Shown one piece after another: positions 16,441 through 24,936 of a stretch of DNA of 30,949 nucleotides; the stretch's first letter is position 1, and the number at the start of each line of letters is the position of its first letter. The position numbers were made by a program, and so were the translations under genes. The notes under the pieces were generated by a model. That model saw only the letters and a program-made list of their open reading frames with translations, was not told the DNA's origin and did no database searches. The stretch comes from Pseudomonadota bacterium. Lineage in GTDB: Bacteria; Bdellovibrionota; FAC87; UBA2466. The stretch is taken from NCBI GenBank assembly GCA_043718025.1, contig JAYSWN010000096.1, positions 1 through 30,949 of the forward strand, in the 5' to 3' direction.

Positions 16441-17639
16441 AATTCTCCTTGCTGCTGCATTCGCTGCTAACTTTGACCTTTGCTCTACCCCTGCGCGCAG
16501 AAACGTCGCCCTCTGCATCGGCAGGAGCGGGTGATAAGCCGGTTGCCGGCACCACCGTTGACGTTCCGGCGGGGCCGGAAGTCACCGCGTCGGGCGCAGT
16601 AAAACCCATGGATCGTCAAAAAAGCTCGGCCATGGCCAAAGCCATGGCGGCGGCCGGCTCAACCCAGTCGATGATCGCCTGCATGCAGATGATGCAAGCG
16701 GCGCAAAATGCTAAGGGAAGCGATAAGGCAATGATGATGATGATGGCCAATCAATCTTGCCAGCAGGGAAAAGAGATGGCGAAGGCGGCCGAAGAAAACG
16801 ACAAGAGCGAAAAGCAGATTTCAGCGGCCGACACCCCAAAGCAGGCAAGTATAAAAATAAACGAGCAAAAACTTCCGGCCGGTTCACCCGCTGAAGACAA
16901 TGCGGCAATGGCTCAGTACCAAGCCGTGCAAGTAGATGAGGCAAAAAATCCAGGCCTCGATACCGGTAAAGTTTCCGTTTTGAAACCGCTGTTACCCGAA
17001 CTTGATTTAGGTAAAGCAAAGGTCGCAAAGCCGGCGGTGGCGCAAGTAACCCCTGAACCCGAAGTTCGCGAAAAACCAAACCTTCCCAAATCGGTTCCGG
17101 CTTTGATTAACGGTGGCGCGGTGACTATGCAGGATGGCAAGAAAAACGAGGGGCCTAGCGAACCACAGAATTTTGGGCCCAATCTAGCGGGCTTTGGCCC
17201 CAGCACGGCGGGCACGGGAAAGAGTCCGGCCGAAGAGGCAAAACTTTTAAAGGGCGCGGTGGCCGAAGAGGGCGAAACGCGCAAGAAAAACGAAGCGGTC
17301 GGATCTGGCCAGGGCGCCGAAGGCGGGGCCAGCGGCGGAGGATCTTCAGGCTCGGCGGACAAAGGGCCCGACCCTTTCGAAGCCATGTTGGCCCAGCTAA
17401 TGGGGGGACCGCCTCCGGAGGACAGCGCGCGCGGTGGTGCCGGCGATTTTGAATTGGAACCGAGGCGCGACCACACCAAGCCGCCCAACATTTTTGAGTA
17501 CGCCAAGTTTCGGTATTTAAAACTGGTCGATCAGAAGAAGCTTAAGGGGCAGGCAAGAGAAGCGCCTAAGGGCCCAATCTCGCGCGACAATTCGCCGCAG
17601 GCGTCACTTGAGGCGAGCACCACACTGTCTAAACGTTAG
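16437..17639 (+). CDS. Secreted hypothetical protein, paralog 2
   Basis: Signal peptide MKFSLLLHSLLTLTFALPLRA-E; ATGA overlap with paralog 1. Contains ACMQMMQAAQ...MANQSC, AMLAQLMGG and PNIFEYAKFRY. Confidence 0.9.
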   Translation: MKFSLLLHSLLTLTFALPLRAETSPSASAGAGDKPVAGTTVDVPAGPEVTASGAVKPMDRQKSSAMAKAMAAAGSTQSMIACMQMMQAAQNAKGSDKAMMMMMANQSCQQGKEMAKAAEENDKSEKQISAADTPKQASIKINEQKLPAGSPAEDNAAMAQYQAVQVDEAKNPGLDTGKVSVLKPLLPELDLGKAKVAKPAVAQVTPEPEVREKPNLPKSVPALINGGAVTMQDGKKNEGPSEPQNFGPNLAGFGPSTAGTGKSPAEEAKLLKGAVAEEGETRKKNEAVGSGQGAEGGASGGGSSGSADKGPDPFEAMLAQLMGGPPPEDSARGGAGDFELEPRRDHTKPPNIFEYAKFRYLKLVDQKKLKGQAREAPKGPISRDNSPQASLEASTTLSKR

Positions 17640-17763
17640 ACAGTGGGTGTTTAAAATTTAGACACTTCTCAATGTGGCTTAAAACCCTTGCTAGTACAGC
17701 TTCTTGGGGGGGTTCTGGTGGCGCGGAATGATTCCAGGCGATCTGGTGCCTAACCTTTTGACA
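17623..17763. promoter_or_regulatory. Three TG(T/C)(C/T)-N9-GACA palindromes, candidate enhancer-binding-protein sites
   Basis: CACTGTCTAA-acg-TTAGACAGTG (17623-17645), TGTT-N9-GACA (17648-17664, 22 bp offset) and TGCC-N9-GACA (17747-17763). Confidence 0.6.
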
Positions 17764-17814
17764 CCCCAACCGTTAAGTCTCTGTCATTCTTCACTCAAAT
17801 TGACAGCTGTCTAG

Positions 17815-17831
17815 CTGGCCAGACTTTTGCT
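17815..17831 (+). promoter_or_regulatory. Putative sigma54 promoter
   Basis: CTGGCCAGACTTTTGCT, a close match to TGGCAC-N5-TTGCW. Confidence 0.7.
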
Positions 17832-17887
17832 TTAGTGTCGGTTACATTCGCCCGTGAGAAAGGCGAGTAGTGGTTCGTAAGGTGGAA

Positions 17888-18781
17888 ATGATCAAAAGAC
17901 GACAAAAACTGTCGCTTCGTAAGCTTGGGGTTGCGCTCGGCATCGCGGGCCAAATCTATTCGCCCGTGGTCTTTGCTGAATCACGCGCACTTTCTGCCGT
18001 AGCCCCTTCGGGTAGCCTCACCGCAAAAATGGAGTCATCGATCGCGATGGCCATCGTCAAACCAAGTCCCCTTAATAGTGAACAACATTTTTATAACACC
18101 TTCGTCGCCGACTCGGACTCACGCATTTACCGCGAATACCGCGACCGTTGGGATTATCACGAGCAGCAGGCCGTTTACACACCGGCCGTGGCCCGCAATC
18201 AAAAGCACGTTAACGCCGGCACTTTAGAATTTCACGACAACGCTTTGGGCGAAACCGAATACCGCGCCGCTTTTGCCATGCAGGTTTTGCAAATCCGTTT
18301 GCAAAAAGGGCTAGAAAACTTCATCAAAACTTGGAATGGCCTTAAGGATTTGAAAAGCGTTGAGACAACCCTTCGTGTCTTGCAGCAAGCCCAGACTCAG
18401 ACCATTTCCTTTGTACCGTCGGGTCCGGCGGCACGGCCTAGCGCTTTGGCCGGCAGCGTGCGTTTTGGTTACGATATTTTCACCGACTTTTCGAAGTTTG
18501 AATACACCTGCAACGCTTTAGATTTTGGCTTTTACCATAACCGTTTTTTGGGTGCCTCAAGTCCTCTGCAAGAGCGATCTTTCTACAGCCAGTTTACCCT
18601 CAAGCCGGCCAATGCGGCCCTGCCCACGCCCATGCTTCGTTACCGTATCGACGCCCCGGCCCTTGAGCTGGGCGTTTCAAAAGCGCTCAATCATGATCTT
18701 TCCGCCTCAATCGCCACTACCCAGCCTTTGCGCACCGGAGCGGATCCGTCGTACGGCATGTCGGTTGCCTACCGTTTTTGA
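17888..18781 (+). CDS. Exported hypothetical protein, possible outer-membrane beta-strand-rich protein
   Basis: Signal-like N-terminus ending VFA-E; alternating-residue strands in the C-half; ends YGMSVAYRF with a terminal Phe. Start could instead be the GTG at 17870. Confidence 0.75.
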   Translation: MIKRRQKLSLRKLGVALGIAGQIYSPVVFAESRALSAVAPSGSLTAKMESSIAMAIVKPSPLNSEQHFYNTFVADSDSRIYREYRDRWDYHEQQAVYTPAVARNQKHVNAGTLEFHDNALGETEYRAAFAMQVLQIRLQKGLENFIKTWNGLKDLKSVETTLRVLQQAQTQTISFVPSGPAARPSALAGSVRFGYDIFTDFSKFEYTCNALDFGFYHNRFLGASSPLQERSFYSQFTLKPANAALPTPMLRYRIDAPALELGVSKALNHDLSASIATTQPLRTGADPSYGMSVAYRF

Positions 18782-18789
18782 TTACGCAA

Positions 18790-21279
18790 CTATTTGCTAC
18801 AACGCTCAGTGATTAAATCCATCGGCCGGTGAATCTGTTTGGTAAAGGCCAACCACTCGGCGGTTTGTTCAGCGGCAATGGAGTGGGCCCCGCAAAATAA
18901 TTTGTGGCGCACTTCCACCCGTGCCGTTTCATTGATCGCCGCAGCAAATACCGCGAGGCTTTTCACATCTTTGGCTTTGGTTAAAATCGAAATCGCGACC
19001 GTAAGGCTCTCTTCCACTTCACTTACGCTAATAAAATTGCGTAGCCACTGTTTCCACTCTTCGGCCACCGCCGGCGGCTCGTAACTCCCCTTGCTTGCCA
19101 GGTGAAGCGCCAATAGCTCAAGCATCATGCGCTGGGTGCGCACCGTGCCGCCCAATGCGGTCAGCTTTTTTACCGTAGCAAAGACGGCCGCTTGATCTCG
19201 TGACACCAAAGCAAGTTGTAAAAGCTCGGGCTCGACCTCGCCGGATCTTTCGGGAGCCTTCAGTAGTTCATCCCACGCGGAATCAAAGGTCGCCCCCAGT
19301 AGCGGACGACAGGCTGACCAACCGGTAGTGAGGGCCGGATCCGGAACGCCAAAACCGGGCGGGTTCTTTAGTGCTTCAAGTAGCGCGGTTTTCCACGCTG
19401 GTGTTTGGCCAACGGCCAAGCCACACGCCAAACCGATTAAGCTATAGCGGCCAGTATCGCTATGGGTTTGGTTATACAGCGCTAGAAAATTGTCCGGGGT
19501 GAATTGCCAACCGTGTGAAAATTGTAGGGCGTCGATTTGGTTGGCGGCGCCAAGTTTGGGAAATAGCGCCGCATTGGTCTCTTGGTTGCCCACCAGCAAG
19601 GGATTGACCACGCTGCCAATGGCCGCCGTTTCAAAGCCAAATTCAAAAAGGGGATGGGCGTCTTGAGGGTCTAGCACGAGAACACTTTTTTCAGGCAGGG
19701 GAAGCACATTTTTTCCCACCGCCAAATCGCGCCTCGTCTTCATTTCGTTAAGCGCCAGGGTATGAATTTCTATCGGCGCAATCAGAGAGTTTTCTTGGTC
19801 CACCAGGGTGAGCGTAAGCCGCTGATCTTTAAACTCAGCGCTTGCCACCGTGGGCAGGGCTTTGGCCGCCAGGGCCAGCTTGAATTTGTTGGCCAAGGCT
19901 TTGCCGCCTTCGTTTTCAACGGCGGCGAGCAAGTCGTCGGTGCCGAGGGAGGCAAAAGCGTGGGTCTTTAAAAGAGTGGCGAGCCAACCCCAAAAGCGGG
20001 CTTCGCCCCACAGGCTGCGCAACTGGGTGTAGGCCCACGCCGCGCGACCATAGGGGCCCGAGGTGTATTTATCGTTGGGAGCAAGGCTTAGGTCGCGAAT
20101 GGCGTGTCCTTCTTCCACGGTAAAATCACGGGCAAATCGCCTCCCACTTTTGGTGGCGTCTTGCTTAAAGCGAATTGCCTCCTGCGCCAGCAATGTCGCC
20201 ATGCCCTCTTTGATCCAAAGATCATCCCAGCTGCTGATCGTCATGAGATCCCCAAACCACTGGTGCGCCATCTCGTGCGCAGTCAGCTCCAAGTCGTGAA
20301 CCACGCGCGAGTGCGAGCTTCGGGTCTCTCCTTGAAAAGTGATGCTGGCGTGCTCGAGTCCGCCGTTAAACGCGGGGAGTAAGACCAAGGCATACTTTTC
20401 GAAGGGGTAGTTAACCAATAAGGATTCGAAGTGCTCCATGGTTTTTTTCAGAAACGAAAGCATTCCCTTGGTATCAACGCTTAACCCCTTGCGGTGCCAG
20501 ATTTGCAGCGGCACGCGAAAAGAGGTGTCGGTGACCACTTCAAAATTTCCAAACGCAAACGCCATTAAATAGGTGGGTAGCGTGTAGGAGGTGGCGTAGG
20601 TGGTGTGGCGGAAACCGCCGTGCACCGTCTCTTCTTTGAGTTCGCCGTTGGAGATAAATTTTTCGTTTTCAACCGTGGTAAACCGAGTCGAGAAAAGGGC
20701 GCGATCGGCGGGGGAGTTGTGGCAAGGCATCCACTCTTCAGCGCCCAAGGGCTCAGAAAGGGTGGCAACCGTGCGCCTCTTTACCGGATCGCCTTTTCGC
20801 ACCGGGGTGGCGGCCAGCGCCGCATCGGTGGCGGAGTTGGCTTTGGTTTCGTATTTAAGCGCGATCTGAATTGAGCCCCGGCGTGCGGCATTCGCCAATT
20901 CAGCCGGAAGCGCGATGGTGAGTTTGCCGTCTGACGTGGTGAAAGAAAGCGCGGTGCCGTCGGGCGCGGTGACCGAGTCAAGGCGCGTCACCCTGCTGCT
21001 GAGGGTGATTGCATCGTTTTTAACATCAAGCAGCTGAAGGGTGATTTGCAGCGTCGCTTTGAGCGTTAGGGTGGGCCAATCAAACGCCGCTTGCAGATGA
21101 TAACTTTTGACGTCGAGAAGAGGGGGCGCCACCGCTTTCGGACCAAAAGTGTTGAAATGACGTTTGGCTTCGTCGGTATATTTAGTTTCATTCAAACTCT
21201 TTAGCGGCGTTAACTTTGGTTTGGCGCACGCCACCAAAAACAGACTGCTGATGAAAAACACCCACCCATAACGCGACAT
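18790..21279 (-). CDS. M1-family zinc aminopeptidase, lipoprotein
   Basis: LVAC lipobox; PTYLMAF, GGLEH (GAMEN equivalent), HEMAH-X18-E and catalytic Tyr (PYGRA); helical C-terminus. Likely start is the ATG at 21279. Confidence 0.92.
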   Translation of the reverse strand: MSRYGWVFFISSLFLVACAKPKLTPLKSLNETKYTDEAKRHFNTFGPKAVAPPLLDVKSYHLQAAFDWPTLTLKATLQITLQLLDVKNDAITLSSRVTRLDSVTAPDGTALSFTTSDGKLTIALPAELANAARRGSIQIALKYETKANSATDAALAATPVRKGDPVKRRTVATLSEPLGAEEWMPCHNSPADRALFSTRFTTVENEKFISNGELKEETVHGGFRHTTYATSYTLPTYLMAFAFGNFEVVTDTSFRVPLQIWHRKGLSVDTKGMLSFLKKTMEHFESLLVNYPFEKYALVLLPAFNGGLEHASITFQGETRSSHSRVVHDLELTAHEMAHQWFGDLMTISSWDDLWIKEGMATLLAQEAIRFKQDATKSGRRFARDFTVEEGHAIRDLSLAPNDKYTSGPYGRAAWAYTQLRSLWGEARFWGWLATLLKTHAFASLGTDDLLAAVENEGGKALANKFKLALAAKALPTVASAEFKDQRLTLTLVDQENSLIAPIEIHTLALNEMKTRRDLAVGKNVLPLPEKSVLVLDPQDAHPLFEFGFETAAIGSVVNPLLVGNQETNAALFPKLGAANQIDALQFSHGWQFTPDNFLALYNQTHSDTGRYSLIGLACGLAVGQTPAWKTALLEALKNPPGFGVPDPALTTGWSACRPLLGATFDSAWDELLKAPERSGEVEPELLQLALVSRDQAAVFATVKKLTALGGTVRTQRMMLELLALHLASKGSYEPPAVAEEWKQWLRNFISVSEVEESLTVAISILTKAKDVKSLAVFAAAINETARVEVRHKLFCGAHSIAAEQTAEWLAFTKQIHRPMDLITERCSK

Positions 21280-21333
21280 AGAAGCCCCCAAACCAAACGT
21301 TTCTGCCCACTAAACTAGAATGTGGCGGCGGGG

Positions 21334-22926
21334 TCAATTTCCGGCTTGAAAGATCGGGGCAAAGGCAATCGAATTGACCATTGAGATCGGCAAGCCCGGT
21401 TCCAGTTGAGTGTACGAGTGAGGCATGCCGATCGAGTTGGGTAGGTCTTCATCCAAAACAATGTCAGTTAAATTGGCCGGGGTGTTGTCAATGAACAGTA
21501 CTTTGCCGGTGGGTTCAAGCAACAAACGGCCAAAGTGGGTAACCGTAGTTGAACCTGCGCTCGCGCTTAAAACCCCGCCCTCGCTCACGGTGAAATAGGT
21601 TGCTACGGTTGGGGGGCCTAGCCGTAATAGGTACAAACGGTTACCCGACCGGTTGACCACTAGCTTAGTTGGGCCCAGTGAAATCGGTTCACTGTCGAGA
21701 AGGGTCAGAAGCCCGTTGCTTCCGATGCGGTAGACCTCAATGACGCCATCTCGAGTGATGAATAGTCGGGAGTAGAGGCGATCAGTGGCCAATGTAACTG
21801 ACGTTAGATCGCTAGCAATAATGCTACTCACATTGGTAATGGTATTTAACACGCCTTTGGAGCCTCGCGTCAGTCTAGTCAGCGAATTTATGCCTCGGGC
21901 CAGGTTCCGGGTAAAGACCCACACTTCATTGGGAGTGACCACGGGCGAAGTGAGTTGGGTGGTGGTAGTTGGAGCGCCTATTTCATCGGTTTTATCCCCC
22001 ACATGGAGCAGTTGAAAAAAGCTGTTGAGGCTAAAAGGATAGAAGTTGTCGGCCAAGGGGGCAATGATGGCGTCGACCCAGCCTTCTCCCGAGCTCGCGC
22101 TAGTAAAATTGGAAAACTTTGTCGGCACTCGCGATTTAGAAAGACTGTATTGAAGTAACTGCGTTTGGCCCGAGTTTGAGAAAGGGATAATTAAGCGGGT
22201 GAAATCGGGAGAAATGCGAATGCCCAACGAAGTTCCGGCGCCGATGTCACCCAAAATTGCGTCTGAGGCGTTAAACTCTTGCACCGAAGGCGTAAAGTTG
22301 TAGGTGCGCAATTGCGGCGCTAAACTAACGTGAGCAAAGGCCTTTACGCCGGCAATGGTACCGTCGGGCTGTGAACCCGGATTAACGCCACCACTAGGGG
22401 TGCCTGGGCACGACGCAACGCGGTCCTTCGAACTAGACTGTTGATAGCTATTTTCTACCGTTATTTTACTGTCGACAAAAAGCTTCGTGGTGGTCGAGCC
22501 CAGCGTATAGAGCTGCGGCGGCGAAAGGGTGTTGAAATAGTCAGTAAGTGTGCGGTTTAGGCACGAATCGCCAAACTCAGTAGAAAGGGCGCCCAAAATT
22601 TCGATGGTGCGCACTTCTCCGGGGGGAACCAAGAGCCTTACCCCGGTGGCCAATGTGGAAAGCGGAAAAGGGCCCGCAACTATTCCCAGTCCAAGGCAGT
22701 CGGGCGTTCTGCCGCCGTAGGCGTCGGGCCCGTTATTCAACTGAATGCCCAAGCCGGTTACGTTCACAAAAAAGCAACTGACGTCTGAAACGGTACTAGG
22801 GGCGGCAAACTTGTGGTCCGCAGTGTCCCAGCGCACCGTGATGCCCACTTTTGGTGGAGTGAAGGTGCAGCCGCAGAGCAGGGCCGTGGTAACGAAAAAC
22901 GCTGCCCACCGGTGAATCGAAATCAT
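21334..22926 (-). CDS. Lipoprotein with Cys-containing N-domain and probable beta-propeller C-domain
   Basis: LCGC lipobox; blade-like repeats ISPDFTRLII, VNRSGNRLYL and LEPTGKVLFI. Confidence 0.75.
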   Translation of the reverse strand: MISIHRWAAFFVTTALLCGCTFTPPKVGITVRWDTADHKFAAPSTVSDVSCFFVNVTGLGIQLNNGPDAYGGRTPDCLGLGIVAGPFPLSTLATGVRLLVPPGEVRTIEILGALSTEFGDSCLNRTLTDYFNTLSPPQLYTLGSTTTKLFVDSKITVENSYQQSSSKDRVASCPGTPSGGVNPGSQPDGTIAGVKAFAHVSLAPQLRTYNFTPSVQEFNASDAILGDIGAGTSLGIRISPDFTRLIIPFSNSGQTQLLQYSLSKSRVPTKFSNFTSASSGEGWVDAIIAPLADNFYPFSLNSFFQLLHVGDKTDEIGAPTTTTQLTSPVVTPNEVWVFTRNLARGINSLTRLTRGSKGVLNTITNVSSIIASDLTSVTLATDRLYSRLFITRDGVIEVYRIGSNGLLTLLDSEPISLGPTKLVVNRSGNRLYLLRLGPPTVATYFTVSEGGVLSASAGSTTVTHFGRLLLEPTGKVLFIDNTPANLTDIVLDEDLPNSIGMPHSYTQLEPGLPISMVNSIAFAPIFQAGN

Positions 22927-23051
22927 TCGCAAATTTTAACTCCCCGCGCGCAAAATAAATAGCGGTGTCTTCTTAAAAAAAATGCGCCGCGCCGCTACGC
23001 GATAAAAATAAGTTACTAATTGTCGGGCAATTATTGGCTAAGATTAACGGC

Positions 23052-23759
23052 ATGGATCTATCGATCGTCATTCCCTGCTACAACGAAGCCAAAAATCTTT
23101 CGGGGCTGATTGCCGGTTACCGCGAAGCCCTTAGGGGCAAGAGCGGAGTCGAGGTTATTCTCGTCGACAATGGCTCAACCGACTCCTCTTCCGAAGTGCT
23201 TCGCCGGGAGCTGATGAAGAGCGAAAATGGCGCCTTCCGCACCACCAAGGTTGAAGTAAACCAAGGCTACGGCTTTGGCATTCTGCATGGTTTGCGTCAG
23301 GGCAAAGGTAAATTTCTGGCGTGGTCGCACGCCGACGGCCAGTGCCCGCCGGCCGACGTTTTTCGGGTGTTGCAAGAAATGGAGAAGACCGGCCATCCCG
23401 AAACCTGTTTTGGAAAAGGGTTTCGTATTACCGAACGGGGAACCGCGTCATCTACCACCGCAGCCCACGCCAAATTCGCTACGCTAGTGCTCGGCCAAAA
23501 GATGGAAGAGATCAACGCTCAACCAAAAGTCTTCGCGCGGGAGTTTTTGCAAGAGTTTGCCTCGGCACCGCACGGACTCGAGCTCGATACGTTTGCTTAC
23601 TACAAAGCGTTGAAGACCGGTTTGCGGGTGGTTACGGTGCAGGTGGAGTTTAAAGAGCGCACGTTTGGCGAATCGAGCTGGGCGCTAACTCGCTGGTCGC
23701 GCCTAAGCACCAGGCTAAAGAGTTTAAGTTATTTGCTGCGGTTGAGATTGATCGGGTAA
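23052..23759 (+). CDS. Glycosyltransferase family 2 (DPM1-like)
   Basis: MDLSIVIPCYNE, VDNGSTD, NQGYG, HADGQ (DxD variant) and R.FGES. Confidence 0.92.
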   Translation: MDLSIVIPCYNEAKNLSGLIAGYREALRGKSGVEVILVDNGSTDSSSEVLRRELMKSENGAFRTTKVEVNQGYGFGILHGLRQGKGKFLAWSHADGQCPPADVFRVLQEMEKTGHPETCFGKGFRITERGTASSTTAAHAKFATLVLGQKMEEINAQPKVFAREFLQEFASAPHGLELDTFAYYKALKTGLRVVTVQVEFKERTFGESSWALTRWSRLSTRLKSLSYLLRLRLIG

Positions 23760-23791
23760 AAGGTCATCCAACTCAATCTGGGGCTATGCCG

Positions 23792-24103
23792 TTAATAACA
23801 AACGCACACGATATTGTAGTGGCCATTGGTGTAGTAATCACCTTTGGCCCTACCGCCGGCGGTACATTTGCTAGGGCAGTAGGTTTGCAAGCAGCGGAGA
23901 TACATGGATTCATAGAAGGCTTCCGAAACCGGACCTCCTGAAGCGCAAGGAAGGGTAGAAGCCGATTCCTGGTGGCCTTCCTGATTTAAGTCAAAATCCG
24001 CAACTACGGCCACCGCCTCCGTTTGCGGCGACGCCGTGGCCGTCTCAATAAAAACTAAACCTAGACCTAGACCCAAGCCGACTAGTGCAATAAATAATTT
24101 CAA
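23792..24103 (-). CDS. Small secreted six-cysteine peptide precursor
   Basis: TTG start with GGAGG RBS; signal peptide to ATA-S; acidic spacer; C-X17-C-X4-C-X3-C-X19-C-X-C-Y*. Confidence 0.8.
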   Translation of the reverse strand: MKLFIALVGLGLGLGLVFIETATASPQTEAVAVVADFDLNQEGHQESASTLPCASGGPVSEAFYESMYLRCLQTYCPSKCTAGGRAKGDYYTNGHYNIVCVCY

Positions 24104-24254
24104 GCTAATCCTCCCCCCGCAAAAAAAGCCAACATCACTGACCGGAAAGAAAGACTCAAGGTGCGGTGCGATAAGTTTGAGATGGGAAAGGGGCTATAAA
24201 TGCCGAATCTCGGGCCCACGTTTTTGTAGCGGTTCGACCAATATTTCAGAATAA

Positions 24255-24338
24255 TGCCTAGAGGGAGAATCGAACTCCCACACCCTTGCGAGTATTGGAT
24301 TTTGAGTCCAACGCGTCTACCAATTCCGCCATCCAGGC
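24255..24338 (-). tRNA. tRNA-Leu (CAA)
   Basis: GCCTGGATGGCGGAATTGGTAGACGCG-TTGGA-CTCAAAA-TCCAA-long variable arm-GGGAGTTCGATTCTCCC-TCTAGGCA; CCA not encoded. Confidence 0.97.
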
Positions 24339-24444
24339 CAATCAAAGGGAGAAAAGAAATATCAGCCTCTCCCCCATTTTTCAATTGTCTTGTTGCAGCG
24401 TAACCCGGGAGCCCTAACCGCTAACTACTGCGCCGAGCTTTGCC

Positions 24445-24936
24445 TTGACTACCACCCACCCCATAGCCAACTATTTGCCTTCTCAACGTAATTTTGCAGC
24501 GGGGTTAACCATCAGCCAGCCAACACCGAATCCAAGTCCCAACTCCAAATATCAAATCTCTAGCGAACGTCTCTCGTTGGCCTCCGAAGGGCTCCGACTA
24601 TGGGTGGGTAAGGCTTGGAAAATCGGGGTGCTGATGGCCAAAGGGGCATACCTTTTGGGTGAACGCCGGCGCCTGTTGCTTAAGTTGGGAGAAGAGTCGT
24701 TTGGACGCTTGAAAAGTGGTGATTGGAAGGCAGACGAGTTAGATCAGCTGGTGAAACAGCTAGAGCGCGTCACAAAGAAAATCGATATCGAAGAAAAGCT
24801 GATACAGTCTGCCCGGTTCGGCAATGCGGAAGCAGAGGCTCGCCACCGGCCCGAAGAAGCCCACAATGAAAACGAGAAGCCGGTTAAGAAGAAGGCCGAC
24901 AAAGAAGCAAAAGAAGAAAAAGGAAAAGCAAAATGA
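24445..24936 (+). CDS. Hypothetical coiled-coil protein (start uncertain)
   Basis: ERRRLLLKLGEE...LERVTKKIDIEE helical region and a charged tail; ATGA overlap with the next gene. Confidence 0.65.
   Translation: MTTTHPIANYLPSQRNFAAGLTISQPTPNPSPNSKYQISSERLSLASEGLRLWVGKAWKIGVLMAKGAYLLGERRRLLLKLGEESFGRLKSGDWKADELDQLVKQLERVTKKIDIEEKLIQSARFGNAEAEARHRPEEAHNENEKPVKKKADKEAKEEKGKAK

Noticed and set aside
24100..24384. 94-aa minus-strand ORF, and a possible integrative island at tRNA-Leu
   Set aside because: The ORF is a read-through of the tRNA gene. No integrase or duplicated tRNA 3' end was seen.
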